DNA of 52,947 nucleotides, the filler included, from Dirinaria sp. TL-2023a (lineage: Eukaryota): NCBI GenBank assembly GCA_051941275.1. It is 3 parts of 3 records of this genome, joined end to end, with 100 filler letters (N's around TTAATTAATTAA, not from the genome) between each part and the next. Parts side by side here need not be neighbours in the genome. Positions count along the whole stretch, not along the records: positions 1 to 17,589 come from JAVEBF010000423.1; positions 17,690 to 35,274 come from JAVEBF010000424.1; 1 more part is not named here. One strand, 5' to 3'. Numbering within the stretch: position 1 is the first letter of the stretch; each line of letters begins with the position of its first letter. The notes under the pieces were generated by a model, which did no database searches, was not told the origin of the DNA, and was given only the letters and a program-made list of their open reading frames with translations. The position numbers and the translations under genes were made by a program. Below are positions 11,468 through 22,864 of this stretch, one piece after another.

Positions 11468-12057
11468 TAGAATCAGATTTTATATCTCTCAACACCACCG
11501 AGGCTTTCGAAATTCGAACAAGCCAAGCCTAATTGTCTTTCCGAATTAGCAAAGGATGCCTTAATTCTGAGACTTTACCTTGCCCCTAAAGCGACCAAGA
11601 ATAGACATTTCAAGGCTAAGGTATTAGTTCACTTACATAGGTACCCATAGGTACCTAAGCAGGTGTCTTACCCACGACCTCGCTAAATGTCCCTGATGCT
11701 GAATATAAAGCCAAGCTAGGCCATTCCGGCTCTAGCGGCCGATCATTCTGCTGAGCTGGTGCATCATCTTGGACAATGATGGGCGCACATCGCAGAGGCT
11801 CAGCATCATCTTCTTTCTGTGTACATACGAAGCTGAGCTGGCTCATTGCTCATTGCTCATGGCTGTAACTCCAGCTCCGGCCATTACATATTCTACTTTT
11901 TCAATCTTCAGATAAAGCTTTCTTTGTCTCCCATACCATTGCATTAGCCCATACTAAAGAATAAGGCTGGCTTTGTGAAAGAGTTCAGTAGCAAATCTCC
12001 GTTTGAGGACTAGCACTGGGAGCTTCCTTTGCGGAAGAGCTCCCGAAAGTCCAATGA

Positions 12058-14638
12058 ATGGCGAACAATCGTGCAACTTATGTTCCTGGAGGCAACGATG
12101 ACTTCTACCTACCGGAACTCGTTTCTCCAGCACCGAAGCGGTCAGTATCATCACCCACTATGCGCTGTACAGCATCTTTGTAAAAAGAAGATCCGTCTCT
12201 AATTGCATTGTACAGTGTAATGCCAGAAGTTCCTGACAATATCCAAGAGAACCTCGCACGCCTAGAGCTAGACGGTGGTCCCATAAAAAGTCGGCTTTCT
12301 GGGTTGCAATCACCTCCTCCGGTGCCCGAAATGCCAGCATTTGGTGAACCATCTTTCCCAAGTCGGACCTCATCCATATCTACATTGGCCTTCGAACAAG
12401 GCCAGAATGGCTACCAGGGAAGAGAGAACAGTACCGCAGTGGACAATCCGACATTTTCTCCCTTTCCCAAGCTCAAGAAACGCTCGCCCAATGTACCCCC
12501 ATCCGACGAAGACCGAGAGGCGATTCTGGAAAAGGCTCGAGAGCCAGTCTTGAACTCAAACGACCCCGAAATGCAACTAACCTGGGCTCAAGATGCCTTG
12601 GCATATGTCGAAATAGCAGTACAGAACAACATGCGAAATTCCGACCATCCTGGCTCGCGATCCCAGACCCCACAAGTGGAGCATCAGCTGCGCGTCGACG
12701 CGGTGAACATAGTCACCTTCTTAGCAGATCAACACCATCCAAGAGCCGAGTTCATAAGGGGAATGTGGCTAGAGTTTGGGAAGTTCGGCTTCCGTCTGGA
12801 TCGCAAGGAGGCCTATCATTCTTTCACCAGAGCAGCGCAAAAAGGCTATGCAAGAGCAGAATATCGAATTGGCATGCAGTTCGAGACCTCGAATGACCCT
12901 GAAAATGCTATCAGACATTACAATTATGGCGTACAGGCTCGCGACTCTGCATCTAGCTATCGTATGGGAATGATGCATGTCCTGGGGCAGCATGGGCAGC
13001 CACTTGATCAACAACGTGGAGTCCAGCTCATACGATTCGCTGCGGAAACAGCCGATGAGAATGCACCGCAAGGAGCGTACGTATTCGGAATGTTACAAGC
13101 ACGAGAGCTTCCTCAGGTCGATGTGCCGGAGAATTTTTTACCTTTTGACCTTGGTGCTGCTCGGCTCAACATTGAGAAGGCTGCCTACCTGGGCTTTGCA
13201 AAAGCGCAAACCAAAATGGGTGCCGCTTACGAGCTATGCCAGCTCGGCTGTGATTTCGACCCTGCGCTATCGTTGCACTACAACGCACTGGCGGCCAGGC
13301 AAGGCGAGCCAGACGCAGATATGGCTATCAGTAAATGGTTTTTGTGTGGCTATGAGGGGGTATTCGAGAAGAACGAAGAATTAGCTTTCACATATGCTCG
13401 CCGAGCAGCCCAGACAGGGCTTCCGACTGCTGAATTTGCGCTGGGATACTTTTATGAGATTGGTGTATACGTTTCCGTCGATGTGAAAGAAGCAAAGACT
13501 TGGTACGAGAAGGCCTCTGAGCACGGCAACAAGGACGCTGCAGGACGACTCGAGGGCATATCACGTTCAAACACTTTGTCGAAGAAGGACCACCATGGTG
13601 CCGCCATAGCCAAGATTCAGTCGCAATATGGTTCTCACAGAGGCAAAAGGCCCGAGCGCTTTAAAGCCCCTAGTACACCGATGCCCACAATAGTCGACCC
13701 GCCAGACCCTGGCCAGTATGAAAGACGAATTGGTACCACTCAACGGCCTCCGTCCACAGCTCCATATCCTGATGACGATGCTGTGCCTCACCCCCGACCA
13801 CAATTGCCTTATACATCTAGTAATTCGGCTCTAGATGTTCGATCGCACTCAAGCGCTTCGGGTAGGCCACTTTCGGATAGCACATACCGTGCGCCTTCTA
13901 CAGCCTCCCCAGGCCCTCCCAGACCCTACTCGCACCTGGATAATGTAGGGTCCGGTAGAGGAAGAGGCGCACCATCAGGTGCCGTTCCTGGATCTCTAGG
14001 GTCACAGGGTTATAGACAGCCCAGCTCCGGCCAGCTTGCTGCCCAGAATCCGGCCGTGGCCGTCTGGGAACCGACTCGGCCGCAGTCAGCAGGAGTTTCA
14101 ATCGGGTATTCGGCTCCTCTAGATCCTACCGGGCCTGATGGAAGAAAGAAGATTCAAAAGCGAGGCCCACCGAGCGGAAGTGCCAACTCCAGCACCCTCC
14201 GACCTTTACCCCCGCACACAAACAGTAGCGTACTGCCAGATCGGACTGCTGGCCAAAGATTATCAAGCCTTCCCCACTCGCAAACCTTTGCGGGAGATGG
14301 CCGCCCACAGAATGGGAGGCCGGTTTCTGCAGGGCTGCCGGGAAGCCCGTCGCCCAATATTCCAGGACCGAGGCCAAGCACCACAATGCAGAACCCGGGA
14401 GTACCACCAGTCCGTCCTAACACTGGTGGCCCGTTACCACAACCAAAGATAACCGCCAACAGCAGGCCCACTGCAACTCCGCCGCCAAACGTCGCCCCAG
14501 CCAAACCTCCCGGTAAAGGACCGAAGACTTTCGAGGAGATGGGCGTTCCTCAAGCCAAACGGGATGGTGACTGTGTAAGTAGCTTGGGAACTCAAATCGT
14601 AAATATCCATACTAATCAGTGTCCAGCTCATGATGTGA
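12058..14638 (+). CDS. Sel1-repeat chitin synthase activator (Chs4/Skt5/Ack1-like) with Pro-rich tail and CaaX end; introns 12141-12215 and 14575-14626
   Basis: Exon 1 reads MANNRATYVPGGNDDFYLPELVSPAPKR. Sel1 repeats include ARAEYRIG, AKAQTKMGAAYE and PTAEFALGYFYEIG. Splicing gives the C-terminus GPKTFEEMGVPQAKRDGDCLMM*. Confidence 0.85.
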
Positions 14639-14992
14639 AAATGCAAGAGATTTTCGTTGCATAGCGTTGGGCGTAGATTTTGAAGTTTATTGGACATAAC
14701 GCGATGATTCCATCATTCCGTCCCACTGGACTGGGATGAGCCCATGTACAATAAAATTTTTTCGAGACGCATTGTCTGCGTGACGTGCTCGGTGGAATAT
14801 GAAGCACATGTATTTTGACGCCTTGGCGATTTGACGCTGGCGAAAAGAAAACCCTCGCCGAGCAAGCGAGGAAGATTCTGCATGGATACTTGTACTTTAC
14901 ATGAACGATTTGAGCTCATTCTGTAGACGTTCATTCTAGTAGAAAATCCAGTCATCCAGCGATTGCTCAGGCGGATCAGATCGGCGGTTAGT

Positions 14993-16055
14993 ATGGCTCC
15001 TCGGAAGGATAAATCAGAGAAGACCGGTTCCGATCAAGGTCATTCAGAATGCCAACTACCAACTGAGTCTTCTCTACTGATCCACAGGCATCAGGCTCGA
15101 CTTTGATCATCGAGTATTTGAGTCTGTGAACCCTGTCCTGCTCCCAGACAAGCACTAATATTTCCACACTTCTATAGAGAAGCAAAAGTTTGTTCCAACC
15201 ACCAAGTACTTGTGTCAAAAGTGCTACTGACAAAGACGGTGTTCTGTGTTCCAGTCGCCCTTACTCGGTTAGCAGCACTCTGCGTTCTTGGTATTTATTG
15301 CTGGGTTGGGAAAGCTGCTGAACCTGCATCTTGCCCAAGGCTATCGAAATCTCCGCGAACCTCCACAACAAAGTCACCAAGTGTATGTCCAGCATCCTGG
15401 GAAATGCAATGATGTACTGGCTCACACGACCAAAAAGCTTACGCTGTGAAGGCGCTGAAAGAACTGCACGAGCAAAATGCTATCGCTGGCAAAGTCTCCG
15501 GTAGCAGCCACATAGAGTCCTCTCGGAGAGTAAATGACTTACTGGGCCGCTTTTAGGAAAGCAGGCTGTCTACCATGCCGTTCAAGAGTCCAACGGCGCA
15601 GCGAGCACCGAGGACTTGGCCGACATGGTCAGAGAGATTGAAGGGCTTCGAGAATCCGTCGCTGCAGCCAAGTCCTATGAAAAGCTTCTAAAAGCAAGTC
15701 TCGCTACGGTGAACGCAACGCTGTCCTCGGAAAACCTCCGCGCCAGCATAACCGCACTCGAGTTGGAGCGGACGGAGATTCTTGCTCGCCTGGGTCCACT
15801 GCTAAAGGGCAGTGTCACACCAGTGGCACCTGAAGACAAGGAACAGGCAGAGAAGCTTTGGAAGCAGTGGTCCAGGAAAGCAGCTTCGCGGAAGCGATAC
15901 TGCATGGAATTGTGGAGCTATTGCACCGAGGTGTTGCCAGAGGGTCAGAGCAAGGAGGAACTTTGGGTATGTCTAACCGACACAAGTGGACGCGAAGCAT
16001 TCATGCTGACCTGGGATCAAACAAGGAGGAACTAGGTCTTGAAGGAGATGAATGA
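14993..16055 (+). CDS. HOP2: Homologous-pairing protein 2 (Hop2/TBPIP/Meu13), 8 exons including micro-exons
   Basis: Spliced product MAPRKDKSEKTGSDQGSTLIIEYLKKQNRPYSAIEISANLHNKVTKSYAVKALKELHEQNAIAGKVSGKQAVYHAVQ... followed by a coiled coil and ending ELWEELGLEGDE*. YLxxQNRPYS and GKQxVY are Hop2 winged-helix hallmarks. Confidence 0.85.
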
Positions 16056-16840
16056 AACATCAGAGAATGGGTCAGAGCGATGATGGTAGAAAGAAAGATT
16101 ACTTCCGCATAGTGCTGAGCTTATCTACGGAAATTTTCATTGGAGCACGGTATTGTCTGTATTCAGTAGCCAACTAGCATTAGAGCTGAAAGTGGATACG
16201 CATATAAAAAGTGATGATCGTAGCCTTTTTCGGGTTTTGTTGGTTGGTTGAGCAATGGACTACTGAGGCTCTAATTGAAGGAGATAAGCCAGGATTTTGG
16301 CATATCGGAGCTTTTTTCAACACGTTGCTGTGGCCTGTGTCAGATGAAGCAGTCATCTGCTGCGGGGGAATGAATGACCTATTTAAGCTATCCTCACCAT
16401 AAATCCTATCTCACGCCGATCTACTACTACAAGTAGTACCTTAGGTATCATAGCGCCCGTGGTTCCCTAGCGCATGTTTATCTATTGACATTTACTAAGG
16501 TATTAGGTATCTTTTGAATACTGTCTCACCCAGATCTCTGGTAGAACAGGTTCCTTGAAGCTACATGTACCCGTCCTTTACACGGAAAGAGGGAGGGGGA
16601 ATTTCCGGCTACTGCGAGTTTTCCTGCCTGACGCCGACTTGGGACCTTTAGGGAACCTTCACTCGGCCCACTCAATTCATTTCTCTCCGCCATTCGTTCT
16701 TCCACACTCGTCCAGGTACAGAAGGCCAACTCGATTTGTGACTTCTATCTCGACTCGGTAGTAGTATCGGATTGTGCCAAAAACAAGAAAAGCAACAACC
16801 ACATCTTTGGGTTCTATTGATTCAGGCCAACCCCGCCATC

Positions 16841-17589
16841 ATGGCGACCTTCCTGACTCGACCGTCGCAGCCACAGCAAGATCAACCTCCTTCTCCCCCA
16901 GATCCGGCTACGTTCCACATGAGCAACGTTCCGCAAAGACCACCGCCGAGCAATTACCGACCACACAATCGTCCCTCCGCGGATTACAGAGGCAACGGTA
17001 CTCCAGGCTCGGTCAACGGCGACGGCCCCTCACCTATCCCCTCAGCGCCTCCGCCTCACATGCCCAATGGAGGACCCAGACACCGAGCTACAGTCAGTGG
17101 TCCCATCTTTGATGGCCCAAGGAGTCCGCCAAATGCAAAGAGTACGTTCACTCGTTTGCAGAAGACAAAAAGCACTTGCTCACTCATTCATCCCTCAGAC
17201 ACTGCGCACGTCCCCTGCAAATTCTTTAGGTCCGGACAATGTCAAGCCGGCAAAGCTTGCCCTTTCTCTCATTCTACCGACATCTCGACCGTTGATACCC
17301 CGTGCAAGTATTTCTCCAAGGTACGGCATTGTGACATGGAATACGAGAGGTTATGGCATTACAACTTCGCGTGCTAATCGACCTGCCAGGGCAATTGCAA
17401 GTTCGGCGCAAAGTGCGCGCTAGCTCATGTCCTGCCCAATGGACGTAGAGTCAACAGGCCGAGTGGCGCTCATCTCAATCTGGGTGGACGAGTGGATCCA
17501 CAAACATCACGTTACCTTCATCAAGACTCCGCGCTTGCGAACTCTCTGCTAGCTCAGCAAGCGAATGGAAACGCACAACCTTTCGGCTA
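16841..17589 (+). CDS. Tandem CCCH zinc-finger protein (Cps3/Scp3/Lee1-like), 3' truncated by the gap
   Basis: GPRSPPNAK/(intron)TAHVPCKFFRSGQCQAGKACPFSH...PCKYFSK/(intron)GNCKFGAKCALAH gives two C-x7-C-x5-C-x3-H fingers. Confidence 0.85.
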
Positions 17590-17689
17590 NNNNNNNNNNN
17601 NNNNNNNNNNNNNNNNNNNNNNNNNNNNNNNNNTTAATTAATTAANNNNNNNNNNNNNNNNNNNNNNNNNNNNNNNNNNNNNNNNNNNN
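17590..17689. other. Assembly gap with artificial contig linker TTAATTAATTAA (17634-17645)
   Basis: 44 N + TTAATTAATTAA + 44 N. The linker gives stops in all six frames, and genes on both sides are truncated. Confidence 0.97.
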
Positions 17690-17705
17690 GAGGAAACCCA
17701 ATCAC

Positions 17706-19246
17706 CATCTTTGATAAGCCACGCGTTGTGGTTATATAACGGGCATGTACTAAACCGTAGAGATGCCGCGCAGACTTCTCAATCTGCTCCCGCATCTCAT
17801 CGTCGCAGTCGAGATCGAAGACGTCGGTCACAAGATCCAGCGCGTATTGGTAGTATTGCACATCGGTGTTGAGACCGGTCAGGTTGAAGCGGTCGGTGAG
17901 GTAGTCTTCGTCGATCTCGCAGAAGTATTCGTTACCGCGCGAGGATATGAACTGCAGTACGAAGTTGTCAGCCATTGTTCCCCAAGCGTCAAGGAGGAGC
18001 GCAAAAACTAAAAACATTCACGACGATAGTACAATAAGGAGTGAGTCAAGAGATGTAAAGGAGTTGGGACTGGTGGTTTTATTCGATGTAGTCCTTGGGT
18101 GCTGATGGTCAATAGCTGGCCGGATGACGTACGGTCTGTACATCCCCAAATGGAAGTTCTTCCTCTGATGCATAGTAGCTATCCACATCAGAGGCCTCAT
18201 CAGTCACTTCCATTTCATCTGTGTCATACGCGATCGTGGAGTCCTCAGAGCCAAAGTCCTCGTTCTCAATCCAATCAAGATCGTCGGCATCAATCCAGCC
18301 CCCGCGTAAGCGTGGAGCGCCGCCTTTGTTGCTTGCTTCTTCCTCCTGATTGCTTGGAGAGGCTTCAACATCCGAGTCACGCCTATTGCCCAACGCTGGA
18401 GGACGCCAGCCGCCTTTGCCGAAACGAGCTGTAGGCCTGTTGTTCCACATATCGTAGGGGTGGTTTTCCAGAGGCGGTCGCTGGCCAGGGTCCCATCGTT
18501 TGATGTCCTTCTCCCAGCTTTCCCTTGAGTCATTCGATCCATTGTCCGAGGAGTCATCCAATCCGCTGTCCGAGGAGTCATTTTGGATTGAAGCGGAGTC
18601 GTGCACACTGTCCACATTTTGATCTTGAGTATGCTCCGCTTCGGGATCCGAGGATGACGAGTCTTCAGATGCAGAACTACTCGCTGGTGAGGGTGTAGGC
18701 GGAGACGGCTTCCATCCCATTGTAAGCGGTCTTGGAGGTCGCAGCACAGGAAGGGGAGTCGCTTGAGCCGCATCTGAGCTTCTCGGACGAACCGTGGATG
18801 TTGACCTGCCTCTCGGGCTGGACTTTGGACGAGCGCTGGATGTTGGCTTGCTTCTCCGCTTGGACGGCGCTTTCGATGCCACGACTTTCTTCCCAGGTTT
18901 CTTTGCTGCTGTCATAGATCTTGTGGTTCTTTTCTGGCTCTCAGCCATGGCTCTAGTGGTAGGCATTATGATGATGAGGCGTAACTTTGCTGATCATAGA
19001 GTCCGAAGTAAAGTGTAAAGCCTCGGATGGATGTGATAAACAAATGAACATATTCACACTCGATGATAATGAATACCGCAAAATGAATGCCTGATAGTGT
19101 TGTGTTTTTCACGCGACTGTAATGCCGAATGACAAGAAAATGATGTTGCAGGTGTTGAGGGCAAGAGAAATCAAGGCAAGACCTACCCAGTCTCTCCAAT
19201 AGCTGGTGTAATCACTGTCGGTTTCACTGTTGAATTCCTCCATCAT
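17706..19246 (-). CDS. CKB2: Casein kinase II regulatory beta subunit (CKB2-type), 5' part; exon 1 19187-19246, intron 17952-19186 (1235 nt), exon 2 17706-17951
   Basis: Exon 1 is MMEEFNSETDSDYTSYWRDW, followed by a GTAGGT donor. Exon 2 follows a CTGAC branch point and CAG acceptor and reads FISSRGNEYFCEIDEDYLTDRFNLTGL...ARHLYGLVHARYITTTRGLSKM. The rest is lost in the gap. Confidence 0.92.
18109..18966 (-). CDS. 285-aa low-complexity ORF (basic N-half, acidic/Ser-rich C-half) nested in CK2-beta intron 1; nested gene or alternative first exon
   Basis: ATG-initiated 858-nt ORF on the same strand as CKB2. A phase-0 donor ACC|GTACGT at 18133/18132 matches the phase-0 CKB2 acceptor at 17952. Confidence 0.6.
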   Translation of the reverse strand: MPTTRAMAESQKRTTRSMTAAKKPGKKVVASKAPSKRRSKPTSSARPKSSPRGRSTSTVRPRSSDAAQATPLPVLRPPRPLTMGWKPSPPTPSPASSSASEDSSSSDPEAEHTQDQNVDSVHDSASIQNDSSDSGLDDSSDNGSNDSRESWEKDIKRWDPGQRPPLENHPYDMWNNRPTARFGKGGWRPPALGNRRDSDVEASPSNQEEEASNKGGAPRLRGGWIDADDLDWIENEDFGSEDSTIAYDTDEMEVTDEASDVDSYYASEEELPFGDVQTVRHPASY

Positions 19247-20042
19247 GACAACGATCGCGTTGTGCTGTCTATGAGCTAGCTCTTTTCACAGTTGACACGC
19301 GTAGATCAGCATCATGTAGACATTTCATTCATGAAAATATCAACGATCTCGTATATACATCCATTCACATCAAGGTAACCGGGGACTGTAATTAATACTC
19401 AAGTACATATTTTTCCATCGTCACAGTCTGTCATGTGAAGACTCGATAAGGCTGGAAATAAACTTCCGGCACTAAACCCTCGAAAAAATGACTAACCGAC
19501 TGCAGTTAGCCGCAGATCTCTGCCCAGCCCCAAAAAGCTCAGAACCCCGTGGGTGCGTTGATTGGCTCAAATCCATTTGTATTTTTCCCCAAAGGGGGGC
19601 CACGCAAAAACGCCAAATCCGAGACATTATGACTGCAAGACCTGCAATTTCAACAAAGATCGACCAACTGCAAGCGTCAACCCGTAGCACGCCATCCCAG
19701 TAGTAGGATATCCTCAGCTGTGGGTCGGAGCGCATCATTTCTTAGTATTATTGTTGAGATACGGGAATGCTTACCTTTTTTTTGTTTTTACTTGGCGAGC
19801 CTACCTTACCTTAGTAACTAAAGTAACCCTTGTCCTTGATGCTGATGTCTTACTGCTCTTTACGAGATTATTATTGCATTCTTCATGTTGACCAGTTGAC
19901 CACCCTCGTTCATCCCCACATCCTCATCCGAGTTCGTATTCGGGCCTTTCCTCGCTCTTGATGCTTTCTTTTTTTTTTTGTTTGTAAAAAGATATCGAGC
20001 TGTTTCCTGCTTTCCTATTATTCACACAGTTCATTCTCCAAC

Positions 20043-20464
20043 ATGCATCTTTCCGCCATTACCCGCTTGTTGCCTCCTTGCCTACTCGCGCTTCTCTTGT
20101 CGAGTACGGCTTACGCGCGTCCAACCGACGCCGCACACCAGAGACGGATCGATGACTTTTTTGCCCAAAAGCCTATGCACACTACCGCTCTACTGGCTGG
20201 TGCCGCCGCCACCGAAGTCGCCAGACCAGCGATGCCGACAATAGCTCTGCGAAGTAGAGTTCTCAATCAGCGCTCGTCCGAGCATGACGACCGGCCTGTT
20301 GTCGTTTCAAGGCCCGATGGGTCCCAGGAGGTTTTGATGGATCCAGATAGGGTCAAGAAGCTGGTCGAGGAGTATGTTCATCCCCTTCACGTGCTACTGT
20401 GACACGGGTGCTTAGATCTCGCAGACACGTCAGAGATATCGAAGCGCGGGAATTGAAGATTTAG
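20043..20464 (+). CDS. Small predicted secreted protein (about 125 aa), intron about 20373-20415
   Basis: Signal-peptide-like MHLSAITRLLPPCLLALLLSSTAYA-RP. Splicing GTATGT...CTGAC...TAG gives the end KKLVEESRRHVRDIEARELKI*. Confidence 0.55.
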
Positions 20465-20770
20465 TGTTCGCAACTTGTCACGTTGGGGCGTTGGTGGACG
20501 GATCTCCTGGGCGGAATGGCGAAAGCTTGGGATCACTATGGGACTTCGATTCTAATGTGTAATCCTGTATGGGTAATACGAGTGGCTCCGGCGCGGCCTC
20601 TTGGAGTCGTTGCGAGCTTCTGCGCCAAGGCCAACATCAATGACCGCATCATGTTCGCAGATCATCTATCAAATAATACTCACAGACGCGATAAAACCGT
20701 CGCAGAGCATGCCGTGGCCGGGTGATTGTAGTTGATGCGACCGTTCAGAGCTTGTAGGCATACAAAGAGA

Positions 20771-22864
20771 CTATGCAACCCCATTCTCGCCCTGTGCCTG
20801 CTTCCATTGATGGGCCATAGCCAGCAGCTTCGACATGTTGGCAGCTGATTGATCGTCTGCAGGAAAGACGTAATCCATATACTCCTCGAAGCTGTCGTCA
20901 TCCAGCTTCCTCCGCTTCTTCACTCGTCGTGGCATCTGTTTGTCGACCTTCTCAATATCTGTAGCCGAGCCGTGGGTGCTTTCGAACGACTTCCAGGCAT
21001 TGAGAAGTGCGACGCGCTGGAAGGTTGTTAGTCTACTTCAACGATGCTAGATCAGATAGGATCAAATGCTTACCTCTTCCTTCAGGTCTTTCTCTTTCAT
21101 GCTCTTGTAAGCGCGCTCAAAGATCGCCCGAGCACGCTTCTTCGCTTCCTCGCTCACTGGCTTCTCTTCATCTTCATCCTCTTCCTCCTCTTCTTCACCT
21201 TCGTCCGGAACGTTGATCTCGAAATGCGCGAAGCTTATCCATACCTTTACGTGATCCGTCTTGTCAAGCAAGCGCTCGTAAAGTGCTCTTGTGCGGTCAT
21301 ACTCGCCTTCCTCCTCTTCAAAGTCGATGTACGCTTTCCACAACAGTTCGGGCATATCTAGCGATGACTGGTTTACTGCAAGCTCAAATATTGCTCTTGT
21401 CCGTTCAAGGTCATCCAGTGCCCTCTCCAACTCCGCGAATTTGATCCAAGCTTGACAGTTGGCCGGGTTCCACTCGATATGCTTTTCATACAGCGTGCGA
21501 CATCTTACGAATTCGTGCAACTTCTCCTCGAGCTGTATGTAACCTTTGAACAATTTGTCCTTCGGACACATGCCGATAGCTTGGCCCATCGTCTTTCTCG
21601 CAGCTTGCAATTGCATCTGCCGGACTTCGAATTGTGCCTTCATGATCCAGATCTTGGCGAATGTGAATTTCTTGTGGGGCACGAGCTTCAGACATTCTTG
21701 ATAAATCTGTCGCGCGCGATCGGTATCTCTGTTGTCCATCTCCTCCCAAAGGGCGTAGAATATCCAGAGATAGATATAACGCCGCCAATGGCGCTTTTCC
21801 TGCGTAGGTGGAATTTGGGCGATTGCTCGTTCGTAAATCTCTCGTACTCGCTCCGGATCTCCGGACGCTTCTTCAAGCCTGGCAAAGTCGAACCACACGT
21901 CGTAATTCTTGGGATTCTCCTTGATCTGCTCTTCGTACTGAACTCGGCGCTTCGATAGTATGACATCTTCTACACCTTCACGATCACCAAATTGTTTCTC
22001 AAAGGTTGTGTAAGCTTTGTGCAGGGTCATAGCCTTAGACCTAGGTAGGCGGTCCAGGGCGTATTTGTAGATAGCTCTAGCGCGCTCATATTCCTTGAGC
22101 TTCGCTTCGTAGCGTGCATAGGCAACGAAAAGCTTTTCATCCATAAAATCGTCTCCCAGAGTCTCAATCGCCATGCCAAAGACTTCCCTAACCAGGTCAC
22201 TCGTACCGTTTTCTTCTTCGAACCTGGCCCACTTGATCCAATTCCGTGGCTCAGGATGAACGAAAACAAATCTCTCGAAGATCGCCCTCGCTCTTGAAAA
22301 CTCGTTGTATCGCTTTTCGAGCTTAATGTAGGCACTCCATGCCGCTTCGTCTGGCTCCCATGACATCCACCTTTCGAATACCTGTCTCGTGCCAGCAATG
22401 TTACCAAGCGTCTCTTCCATGTAGACATATTTATACCATAGCTTATCTATGCGCGGTAAAATTGTCACGGCTCGGTCCAATAAATTCCTGGCGTGGTTTA
22501 TATTCCTGGTCTTCATCTCCGCTTCGACATAGCGAATCCACAAGACGACCGCCGTGGAATCCACATCCAAAGCTCTCTCAAAGATGGACCTGGCTCTTCG
22601 AAACTCCTTTTGTTCCAGTTCCCACTGAGCATACCGCATCCAATTATTCATGTTTATCCGATTCCTTCGCACATAGTCTTCGAACTCCTTTCTCTTTCTC
22701 CCTTGGAATTCATGGAGCTCTTCGAGATCTGCGAACCTTTGAGTTGGCGCTTGCAATCCGGGTTCCTGTCTGTCGACAGCTTCACGCAGTAGTTGCTCCG
22801 CGCTGATCTGGGTTGGTGCTGGGGCTTTATTCTTGACCCTTGGGGGTCCCCTAGAGGCCTCCAT
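20771..22864 (-). CDS. CLF1: Pre-mRNA splicing factor Clf1/Syf3 (crooked neck, HAT repeats); intron about 21017-21073
   Basis: [29 protein letters not shown] followed by HAT repeats. The last exon reads [12 protein letters not shown]...[12 protein letters not shown]...[17 protein letters not shown]. Confidence 0.97.

Noticed and set aside
17634..17645. TTAATTAATTAA palindrome as a piggyBac/TTAA site or regulatory motif
   Set aside because: It is centred in N runs and repeated identically at 35319, so it is an assembly linker.
17952..18017. ORF-track N-terminus MFLVFALLLDAWGTMADNFVLQ for CK2-beta
   Set aside because: This is intron sequence containing the CTGAC branch point and CAG acceptor. 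The conserved first exon is at 19187-19246.
21044..22806. Antisense ORFs overlapping CLF1 (and similar ones over other genes)
   Set aside because: These are shadow ORFs expected from the codon bias of the true genes.
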